Source of the DNA: DHVE2 group archaeon
GTDB lineage: Archaea > Thermoplasmatota > Thermoplasmata > Thermoplasmatales > Aciduliprofundaceae
Assembly (NCBI GenBank): GCA_026986135.1
Contig: JALSPD010000168.1
Location: forward strand, 1 to 24,138
DNA length: 24,138 bases
Direction of reading: 5' to 3'
In this document: one piece after another, positions 1 through 7,822 of the stretch
Position numbering within the stretch: the stretch's first letter is position 1
How the letters are laid out: each line of letters starts with the position of its first letter
Made by a program: the position numbers and the translations under genes
Notes under the pieces: generated by a model
What the model saw: only the letters and a program-made list of their open reading frames with translations
Databases searched by the model: none
What the model was told of the DNA's origin: nothing

Positions 1-1599
1 GATCTTGCAGAGATGATGAGTTATGGATCCAATAACAACATAACAATAATCGTCCTTTACGATTCAACCTCAAATGGAGACTCTGCTATATACAAAATTG
101 AAAAAGGAAAAAAAGTGCTGTTGAAAGATCTAGGTGAAGTGGATATGGGCGACGGAGCCACTCTTGAATATTTTCTAAACTGGACGTATAAAAACTATCA
201 CGGGATGCACTACTTTCTTGATTTATGGGACCACGGAAGTTATTACACAGGCGTATGTCTCGATCATGGAGATTGGTTGACTCTTGAAGAAATAAAAAAA
301 TCTCTGGAAAAATTCAACATTATACGTGGTAAAAGACTGGAGGTCCTTGGATTTGATGCCTGCAGAATGGGTGGCATTGAAATATACTATGCTCTTGCTA
401 ATACTGCAGATTACATAGTTGCTTCAGAGAAGGATGAGCCTGCCAATGGATGGCCATATTATGATATACTAAGTAAAATTGAAGATAAAAATCCGGAGAA
501 TGCAAGTAAACTAGTAGTGGATTCTGTATATAATTGGGCTAGAAGATTCTATACCCAAGAGGGACTATCTGTAATCATGGCCTCAGTTAATACAAGCAGG
601 ATACCCCGATTCATCAAAGATTTTAACACTGCTTTAAATAACACCATACCCCTAGGACCATATCTGTCTGATAAGATAATAAATGCAACAAAGGATGTTG
701 AAAGATACGAACTTCACAGTGTTGTAGATCTCTACGATCTCATGGAAAAAATTGAAAGCATACATGACTATAAGCTTTCCATATTGGCAAGAATAACCAA
801 AGAGAATATTGAAAACATGACATATGCAAAAGCATGGGATTGTCCGCATCCTGCCAACGGATACCATGTAAGGAACGCACATGGTATTGGAATTTACTTT
901 CCAAGTTACACGATAAATCCAGAGTATTATTTCACAGATTTTGCAAAAGATTCACTATGGGACGAATTTCTTGATTCCATATTCTACCCCCAAACAATAA
1001 AAAGAGCCTCTGGGAGAGTAAACTATACCATTGTGGAAGATACACTTTTAGTTAAATACTCATCAAACTCCAGTTATGTGGAAATTTATGTAGAAAACAT
1101 TACAAACGGATATAGTGGAATAATAGGTCCTGAGGGTAAATTTAGTATAGCCATTGGTTACGGAAGTTTTACTATATTTATTTACGGATACAATAAAAAT
1201 GGTACGGTAAACTGGTATTTTCGGGAACATATAACAAGAATGAGAAAAATATATGTGGTTGGTAAGATATATATCAATGGATACCTTGCTCAGGGTGCTA
1301 GGTTGAAAATCACCGTGGGAAACCACAGTATATGCACCATCCAAAATGAAAGTGGCTTTAATATCACACTGTATTATCCTGAGCAAATACAAGACAATTC
1401 AACTATAGATATAGAACTTAATTTTGGCTACATACACAGAGTGTACGAATGCAAATTGGGTATACTGCGTGGTAGCACCATAACACAGATAGTAATAAAA
1501 GACCAAATAACACCCAACATACTACAAATGATATCAATTTCAACTATTTTGACCATACTGGTTTTTGTTATTATAAGAAAATTAAACAGATCCGTCTAG
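1..1599 (+). CDS. Clostripain-family (peptidase C11) cysteine protease with C-terminal beta-rich domains and a C-terminal membrane anchor; 5' end lies outside the window
   Basis: Frame is open from base 1 (DLAEMMSYGSNNNITIIVLYD). Catalytic His motif LWDHGS and catalytic Cys motif LGFDACRMG are present, plus YIVASE and GWPY segments typical of C11. Hydrophobic tail ILQMISISTILTILVFVII followed by RK. Confidence 0.88.
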   Translation, partial: DLAEMMSYGSNNNITIIVLYDSTSNGDSAIYKIEKGKKVLLKDLGEVDMGDGATLEYFLNWTYKNYHGMHYFLDLWDHGSYYTGVCLDHGDWLTLEEIKKSLEKFNIIRGKRLEVLGFDACRMGGIEIYYALANTADYIVASEKDEPANGWPYYDILSKIEDKNPENASKLVVDSVYNWARRFYTQEGLSVIMASVNTSRIPRFIKDFNTALNNTIPLGPYLSDKIINATKDVERYELHSVVDLYDLMEKIESIHDYKLSILARITKENIENMTYAKAWDCPHPANGYHVRNAHGIGIYFPSYTINPEYYFTDFAKDSLWDEFLDSIFYPQTIKRASGRVNYTIVEDTLLVKYSSNSSYVEIYVENITNGYSGIIGPEGKFSIAIGYGSFTIFIYGYNKNGTVNWYFREHITRMRKIYVVGKIYINGYLAQGARLKITVGNHSICTIQNESGFNITLYYPEQIQDNSTIDIELNFGYIHRVYECKLGILRGSTITQIVIKDQITPNILQMISISTILTILVFVIIRKLNRSV

Positions 1600-1986
1600 C
1601 ATCTTTTCTATTTTTGAGAGGTACCTAGACAGCCTAACTGATCTTGATGATATTCCTACGATGTTGCCTTTTTCAATGACAAAATGCTTTACGGCAAATT
1701 TTTTTTCGGAATATTTAAGCAATTCCTCGGCTATGTAATGCAGCTGAACACAGTGAGGGGACCCGTCCACCGTGAGAATAACTAATTCCTCAGCCACGGA
1801 TATCATGGCAATAAGTTTGTAAAACGCCATGTTGATATGCTCTTTCTCAGGGCAGAATGAAAGTTTTGTATAATCTCCAAATTTTTCCAAAAACTCTGGA
1901 TGCTCTTTTGCCACACAGGAGCCAAACACCAGTAATTTCTTACCTCTTATAAACCGACCCTTGGCATTAGTACTCATTAGATCCAT
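1582..1986 (-). CDS. Small conserved Cys/His protein, probably metal or Fe-S binding (standalone version of the domain found C-terminal to some 4Fe-4S ferredoxin-type proteins)
   Basis: 134-aa ORF with GSC, FCPE and DGSPHC motifs. It has its own TATA-like box upstream and overlaps the protease stop convergently by 18 nt. Family assignment is from memory of the motif pattern. Confidence 0.6.
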   Translation of the reverse strand: MDLMSTNAKGRFIRGKKLLVFGSCVAKEHPEFLEKFGDYTKLSFCPEKEHINMAFYKLIAMISVAEELVILTVDGSPHCVQLHYIAEELLKYSEKKFAVKHFVIEKGNIVGISSRSVRLSRYLSKIEKMLDGSV

Positions 1987-2007
1987 ATGAGATGGGAGAA
2001 ATTACAG

Positions 2008-2016
2008 ATATAAAAA
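2008..2016 (-). promoter_or_regulatory. Putative TATA box (TTTTTATAT) for a leaderless transcript of the 134-aa gene
   Basis: Lies 22-30 nt upstream of the ATG at 1986. No Shine-Dalgarno-like sequence precedes that ATG. Confidence 0.5.
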
Positions 2017-2044
2017 TATTGGTGAGGATCTATGACTTCCAATC

Positions 2045-5000
2045 TTACGAATTGTCTCCATAGCCTCTATCTGGCGTGGGAACGTCTATGAAATAACTAC
2101 CTGAGAGCACATAAGATCTCCAAGAGGCACGATAATCGCCTTTTTCTCGGTACCCGAATATAGATGATGATTCATAATTTGTATGCATCCATAAGTTGTT
2201 CACCATGTAATAAACGTTTCTCAATCGGAGATCATCATATCCATGCTGCGGAAACTCCGAAATACCCACTTTATATATAATATACCGTATCTCATTGTTT
2301 AACCATACTACAAATTCGTCTTTGGTTGGCGTTCCATTGTACCATACTGCGTAGGTGACATCTTCTTCTGCATACATAATATTTACAAAAACGCCCAGCC
2401 TAAAACCAAGCGAATCATTGTAATTAACATATATATCTTTAAGCATTTTGTGGAACACGTGGATTAAATCTTCTTGGGTGATGAGCCCTGGCCTCAACCT
2501 GGGGAAGTATTGCTTAAGATTTGAAACCGCTCCGCTATCACCTATGAAACCAAAATCCACACGGTAAACATCCTGTTTTGCTTCCACAAACATTTTCATC
2601 ACTGCACCGCCACTGGATGTGTAATACGACATCTTGTTATAAGTTATACTTCCCGGACGTATTCCAATATGAATATCAATACCATCGTAGATTCCATTAA
2701 GATTAATTTTGAAACCTGCACGCTCCATAGTGCCCATAAAGTTGAAATTGCCTTCTGAGTATTTTTCTTCTATTTTTATAGAACCAATGTCAACAGAATA
2801 ATTTTGATATCCATTGTCCTCATAAACATGTCCACCGTTAGTTGCTGTGAATACCCTCTCAAAATAGAAGAATTTTAGATGTGATGCATAGCTTCCAGCT
2901 TTGGAAAACAGACTGTTTATATCCTGAGAAACTGTGGAAAAAGCGCTTACTGAGTTATTTAATGCATCATTAGTTTTTCTGGTAGCCTCCAGAATTATTC
3001 TTTCATAGGTATAATTCCAAGCAGCCATTTCATCTTTAGCATTTATAAGAGAGAAATGGTAAAATGTAGAATATCTGTTCCACAGTTCTCCAATCTTCTC
3101 ATAGTCATAAATGAAAGTATTCAACTCCCTGCTTACAAAGAATGGGTTAAACTTGCTATCACGAGAAACCATTTTAAAGTATCCTCTTGTGTAATTGAAT
3201 GGTACATCGGTATGAAACGCCCAATTATCAGCATGTGTGCATTTATTCCAGTGGGATTCCAAGAACCATGCGCTGTAAATAGGTATTTTAAGATGCAAAT
3301 TGAATTTAACCGTGTCATTATACCATGTATACCAGTGATGACCACCGTATACCAAAGAGGTTCTATCAGTTCTCAAATTTATATCTAGATGACCAGATAC
3401 ATATACATCAATTTGGTATTCATATGGCGCATTACCCATATTATAATCAACATCCTGCACATCTACAAACCTATGTCCTGGACCCACACCAACCATGATG
3501 CTGAGGTCGCTACCTTCCTGAAGATAATCCGGCTGAAAATCAACTACAATAGTCTCGTTCTTGGTTCTCTGAGCATATTCATCAAATGTACGATTAGTAT
3601 CCCAGAAATCGTAACGTGAAAGGCGCGTGTTTGGAAATATAGGTATGGAGGAATAGTTCGCATTTAGTAGAATATTTTTAGAAAGTACATCAAGAGACTG
3701 ATACATCCATTCGGTCATATTATCCAGTAAATTGCTTCCAATCCCTCTGGAAGACATAGCCCAAGCCTTCATTAAATTTGTAAACTTTGTAGTTCCATGG
3801 TAAACATCAAGGTCCACTGTTCCGCTAATTCCTGGCACAGATCCGCTGTCCGTATATTGCCAGAACATCCAATCACTCCAAACACCTGTATTTGGGGAAG
3901 AAACACCATAATGTGCAACCCACAGGTTCCATCTTGTAAGAGAGGGATCAAGATGTCTAGCATAATAACTGGACACATAGATTATCGGTGTAACCCCCAA
4001 CCTAGATTCAACACGTTCAAGGAAAGTCTTTGCCCAATTAGATAGGGCACCCCACCCCATGCTTTCTCCAACCTCTAGATCAAGAGCTGGCGGGAGAGTA
4101 AGATAGCTCATATATGGCTGAATTGTGTCCACAAAATGATCCGCCTCAGATATTGCCGAATTGCTTGTAGGTCTTGCAAAGTGATAGGCGCCTACCTCAA
4201 GTCCTGCTGCAGATGCACCCTGAATATTTGTAACAAACATAGGATCTTTATAAGTTACACCCTCGGAAGCCTTTACATACGCAAAGGTGTATCCTGCACC
4301 AGCCACTTGATTCCAGTCAATATTTCCCTGATAATGAGATACATCTAGCCCATGAGTGCCATTGGTTAAATTACCACTGTTGTTACCACCACCGCCACCA
4401 CTGTTATTCTGATCAGTACAAGGATCATATCCAGGAGGACCTATGATTCTCCAACCTACATGCCATCTCACAAAATGGCAGAAATTGGAATCATAGGTAC
4501 CTGTATCCGTAACATAATCAAGGAATGCCCTGAGATTATTAAAGTTCTGGGCATCAAAGTTTATTGGATTGAAATAGAAATACGGGAAATTGAAATTTAA
4601 ATCAGAGATCAAGCCATTATCGCCCACCACATTTTGTCGTGCCTCTTCGGTCTGATCTTTAACGGTATTCCAGACTTCCTCTGAATCATAATCTGGAAAA
4701 GCAATATCTGCACCCGATTTCTGCCACTCCTCTAGGGTCATCTCCCAAATTATGGCTATAATATCATTATATGCATCTCTAGTAAGGTCACGATGAAAGT
4801 TAAATGATCCATTATGGATCCTGTCATAGAAAGGATATCCATCATAACCCTGTGGCCATGTACTCTGTTGATAATCTGGTGGATATGAATCACAGTCATC
4901 ATCGTAAGGACCAGCATCATCACTTGGAGACGGATCACCACCATCATATAGATTTTTCATTGCCTCGTACCACAGATCAACTGTATCACGGGTAAGGTAA

Positions 5001-6823
5001 AATAGGTATGCATCGTCATCTGTGGAATTTTTGTATTTCTTGTAAGCACCATCCATCCACCAGTACTCTTTAAGCCAGAATATACTATTCTCAAAAGTAT
5101 TAACACCATCTTCCAGTGGTCCATGAATAATATCCCGTGATCCATCCACAAGTATGGTACTTTCATCCTTTGGATCAGCAGAAATAGGTGCGTAGGAATC
5201 TCCAATTAACTGAGCCATATCATAGGCAGCATGATCTACAAATCCTTTATTTGTTACATCATCCCAGGTATCCGATCGTCTTTTCATAGATCTGGTCAAA
5301 GCATCAATAACATACCTGAAAGCATTGTAATATTCATTGCCATCAGCATAATTCCCATGCTTATCCACAAATGACTTTTTGACCAGATCATACTCATAAG
5401 TATGATAAAACACTAAAGGGATATCCGTACTTTGTGAAACACCAATTGCATGCAGAGTGAAATATTGCCTTTTTCCATCCGGATCAAGAATAAGATCAAC
5501 CGTATCAGAGACTGGATCATTATATATGGTCCATTCCATTTTAGCAGTTGCAGGAACAGTAACAACCACAGGAGGTGTGGTAAGCCATATAAGCACTATA
5601 TCAAAATCAACGCTAATGTCTGCAGTATCCATATGAGGGTATATAACCTTTGGAATTTGCAGCCATTGCCTCCACTTATCAAGATAGATATAAAGCATCT
5701 GCCTAGCCCAATCTTCTCCTTTATTTTTTATTTTACTCCAAGACATTAAAGGTTCTTTGAGAGTTGGATCTGCAAAGTATTCGTTTGCTAAATTATCACC
5801 CCAGAAAAGTCTAAAAAGTTCATAAACAAACCTATCTGCATAGCTGTACATTGCCTGGCCAATTATCTTTCCTACAGCAATCTCATCATCCACATTGTTC
5901 CACAGGAAATAAACATCTGCCGCATCAATAGTCCCTGTTCTGGCATATCTGTCCAGTATTCCACGTATACCCAAGGCATTTGCAGCATCCTCATCATAAG
6001 TATGGAAAAATCTAACACTTTGAAGCATTAATGCAAGATTCACTGCCTTCTCTACATCTTGCTTTGTTAACACCTCTGTTACTGGCACCTCAATGCCATC
6101 ATAGGCTCCGGCTGCATAGCCCTCAAGAATCCTATACTGGGCAATAGTAGTTAAAATATATCTCATCAATCTACCAAAATCACCCATATTCGTGGTAGAA
6201 CTGTTAAACTCATCAAATACAAATTTAAGTAATGGCAAAGGTGAATAAATAATCCTGTTATATTTCATCATTCTCTTAATCTCATATCCTGTGCGTTTAT
6301 CATGATACGTATAATTGACAAATCCAACCACATAGGGATAAACGGGCAGTTGCGTGCTGTTTCTGTATCCCTCCTTCCTGTTATCCAACATATAATCAAA
6401 ATTAACCCATGTTAACCTGTAACTTTTTATGAAATCCCTCGTCTTCTTATAGTCCATTACAACTTTTATGGAGAAGTTGCCGACAGTAATATTGTAATCC
6501 TGAGTTATTAGCGGAAAGGTATAATTTATATACTCAGAAAAATTCTGGAAAACATAATACTGAATCATGTATATTTTGGGATCTCTCTTCTTGGTAACAT
6601 TATGGATCACATCCATTACAATATGATACGCCTTTTCACGTACCATATCATGAACATGCCTTAGATTTTCATCAGCCTCTTCATAGAACTTTTGTACACT
6701 GTTTATGTTGTGATAGCCCAATATTGAGGCATAAATCCCAGCTAACATCAACATCAAAACAAAAATTATGGCAAACACGTATGCAAACGGTATTCTTCCT
6801 CCCTCCTTCTTTATCATCTTCAT
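2045..6823 (-). CDS. 1592-aa exported protein with a pilin-like/class III-like N-terminus and an internal GH25 muramidase (lysozyme) domain
   Basis: N-terminus MKMIKKEGG-RIPFAYVFAIIFVLMLMLAGIYASILG (charged leader, Gly, one hydrophobic helix). About 23 N-x-S/T sequons by hand count. GH25 domain at aa ~822-1010. Strong RBS, and the start is 1 nt from the upstream stop. Confidence 0.9.
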   Translation of the reverse strand: MKMIKKEGGRIPFAYVFAIIFVLMLMLAGIYASILGYHNINSVQKFYEEADENLRHVHDMVREKAYHIVMDVIHNVTKKRDPKIYMIQYYVFQNFSEYINYTFPLITQDYNITVGNFSIKVVMDYKKTRDFIKSYRLTWVNFDYMLDNRKEGYRNSTQLPVYPYVVGFVNYTYHDKRTGYEIKRMMKYNRIIYSPLPLLKFVFDEFNSSTTNMGDFGRLMRYILTTIAQYRILEGYAAGAYDGIEVPVTEVLTKQDVEKAVNLALMLQSVRFFHTYDEDAANALGIRGILDRYARTGTIDAADVYFLWNNVDDEIAVGKIIGQAMYSYADRFVYELFRLFWGDNLANEYFADPTLKEPLMSWSKIKNKGEDWARQMLYIYLDKWRQWLQIPKVIYPHMDTADISVDFDIVLIWLTTPPVVVTVPATAKMEWTIYNDPVSDTVDLILDPDGKRQYFTLHAIGVSQSTDIPLVFYHTYEYDLVKKSFVDKHGNYADGNEYYNAFRYVIDALTRSMKRRSDTWDDVTNKGFVDHAAYDMAQLIGDSYAPISADPKDESTILVDGSRDIIHGPLEDGVNTFENSIFWLKEYWWMDGAYKKYKNSTDDDAYLFYLTRDTVDLWYEAMKNLYDGGDPSPSDDAGPYDDDCDSYPPDYQQSTWPQGYDGYPFYDRIHNGSFNFHRDLTRDAYNDIIAIIWEMTLEEWQKSGADIAFPDYDSEEVWNTVKDQTEEARQNVVGDNGLISDLNFNFPYFYFNPINFDAQNFNNLRAFLDYVTDTGTYDSNFCHFVRWHVGWRIIGPPGYDPCTDQNNSGGGGGNNSGNLTNGTHGLDVSHYQGNIDWNQVAGAGYTFAYVKASEGVTYKDPMFVTNIQGASAAGLEVGAYHFARPTSNSAISEADHFVDTIQPYMSYLTLPPALDLEVGESMGWGALSNWAKTFLERVESRLGVTPIIYVSSYYARHLDPSLTRWNLWVAHYGVSSPNTGVWSDWMFWQYTDSGSVPGISGTVDLDVYHGTTKFTNLMKAWAMSSRGIGSNLLDNMTEWMYQSLDVLSKNILLNANYSSIPIFPNTRLSRYDFWDTNRTFDEYAQRTKNETIVVDFQPDYLQEGSDLSIMVGVGPGHRFVDVQDVDYNMGNAPYEYQIDVYVSGHLDINLRTDRTSLVYGGHHWYTWYNDTVKFNLHLKIPIYSAWFLESHWNKCTHADNWAFHTDVPFNYTRGYFKMVSRDSKFNPFFVSRELNTFIYDYEKIGELWNRYSTFYHFSLINAKDEMAAWNYTYERIILEATRKTNDALNNSVSAFSTVSQDINSLFSKAGSYASHLKFFYFERVFTATNGGHVYEDNGYQNYSVDIGSIKIEEKYSEGNFNFMGTMERAGFKINLNGIYDGIDIHIGIRPGSITYNKMSYYTSSGGAVMKMFVEAKQDVYRVDFGFIGDSGAVSNLKQYFPRLRPGLITQEDLIHVFHKMLKDIYVNYNDSLGFRLGVFVNIMYAEEDVTYAVWYNGTPTKDEFVVWLNNEIRYIIYKVGISEFPQHGYDDLRLRNVYYMVNNLWMHTNYESSSIFGYREKGDYRASWRSYVLSGSYFIDVPTPDRGYGDNS
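3794..4360 (-). other. Glycoside hydrolase family 25 (Chalaropsis-type muramidase) domain within the 1592-aa CDS
   Basis: GLDVSHYQG (first catalytic Asp), FAYVKASEG, GAYHFARP, ALDLE (DxE catalytic pair), PIIY, LWVAHY, WMFWQYT and G..GTVDLDV are all present in the correct order. Confidence 0.95.
4361..4411 (-). repeat. Low-complexity Gly/Asn linker (QNNSGGGGGNNSGNLTN) with an 11/12-identical 12-nt repeat, just N-terminal to the GH25 domain
   Basis: AATAACAGTGGT (4408-4397) and AACAACAGTGGT (4384-4373) flank a GGT/GGC run. Confidence 0.8.
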
Positions 6824-6824
6824 T

Positions 6825-7349
6825 TTACCTCACCCTCCATACATACATTGTTATCATCGCTTTATCATTATTCTGAGGCATATCAATATATGTTGTAAAA
6901 CTTATCCTGTTATCAGGAAGCACTCCTGAACCTATGACAAAATGAACTCCATGGTAGCTAGCATGTAAAGAATACTCATAAATCGGATATGTCATATTTC
7001 TGAGAGTAACATTTATTTTTTCTTCTAAACCCATCTTCAAAGTAGCTATGTCTGCACCACCTACAGATCTTAGATACAAATCTTCCGAAATCAAATGTTC
7101 AATAGTTTTGTCTTCCAAGATAATTAAATTACCTGAGGAATCATAATACCATACATAGCGGATAGTTGATTTAAGCATGGAATATGTAAGATCCTCTGCA
7201 AATCTTTTTTCATTTCTTTCTGTAAAGAAAACATTTGTATTAGATGAGGCAATAATGTACCCCACCATGAGAATCATCATCAATATTGGCGCTATGAGAG
7301 CGGCATCAACTACCGCGGATTGGGCCCTTTCATAAACAATTATCGCCAT
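6825..7349 (-). CDS. Small pilin-like protein with a class III-like signal peptide
   Basis: N-terminus ERA|QSAVVDAALIAPILMMILMVGYIIAS has the [KR][GA]|Q-S pattern followed by a hydrophobic helix. C-terminal strand MITMYVWR. Perfect GGAGGTGA RBS and a 10-nt overlap with the upstream gene. Confidence 0.7.
   Translation of the reverse strand: MAIIVYERAQSAVVDAALIAPILMMILMVGYIIASSNTNVFFTERNEKRFAEDLTYSMLKSTIRYVWYYDSSGNLIILEDKTIEHLISEDLYLRSVGGADIATLKMGLEEKINVTLRNMTYPIYEYSLHASYHGVHFVIGSGVLPDNRISFTTYIDMPQNNDKAMITMYVWRVR
6828..6838 (-). promoter_or_regulatory. Ribosome-binding site (GGAGGGTGAGG) for the 1592-aa gene
   Basis: Ends 4 nt upstream of the ATG at 6823, embedded in the end of the upstream CDS. 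Confidence 0.7.
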
Positions 7350-7822
7350 GCAATCACCTCCAGTTTAGCAGGATGCACTTCATGATCATTAACCCATATA
7401 TTTACAGGATATATCACCACCACTTTGTAGTATCCATATTTTATATCCTCTGGTGTGCCAAAAGTAGCGTTGTATTTAATAACATAATCACTGCAGTCAG
7501 TTATGTTTATAAAGAAATTAAAACTTGGAGCAAGATCCCTTGCGATAAGATTGTGCATCTCTGTACTGTTATAACCCTTTATCTTATGATAGTCAAACAG
7601 CCCTTCTACAGAATCGTGGAGTATTCTCTCGTATCCACGCACTTTCTGCACAAAATCATAGACCTGATTTATAAATTCCACCTTTGCGTACTCTTCAGCC
7701 TTTGTACTTCCATAATATGCAGCCATTGTTAATGTAGAAACAAACAATATGGTGACGACTGCAAATAAAATCAGCTCTTCAAAGAATCCGCTAGTTCCAG
7801 TATCATTCATAGAAATCTTCAT
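7340..7822 (-). CDS. Small pilin-like membrane protein (start uncertain: 7837, 7828, 7822 or 7810)
   Basis: MKISMNDTG|TSGFFEELILFAVVTILFVSTLTMAAYYG: short leader ending in Gly, acidic residue at +6, one hydrophobic helix. C-terminal strand KLEVIAWR. GGTGA lies 5 nt before the ATG at 7822, and the gene overlaps the upstream stop. Confidence 0.62.
   Translation of the reverse strand: MKISMNDTGTSGFFEELILFAVVTILFVSTLTMAAYYGSTKAEEYAKVEFINQVYDFVQKVRGYERILHDSVEGLFDYHKIKGYNSTEMHNLIARDLAPSFNFFINITDCSDYVIKYNATFGTPEDIKYGYYKVVVIYPVNIWVNDHEVHPAKLEVIAWR
7354..7361 (-). promoter_or_regulatory. Ribosome-binding site GGAGGTGA
   Basis: Canonical archaeal SD sequence 4 nt upstream of the ATG at 7349. Confidence 0.8.

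Noticed and set aside
1-4. Window starts with GATC and ends with GAT, suggesting a restriction fragment
   Set aside because: The paralogous repeat copy continues GATACC, so the end is probably not GATC; likely coincidence.
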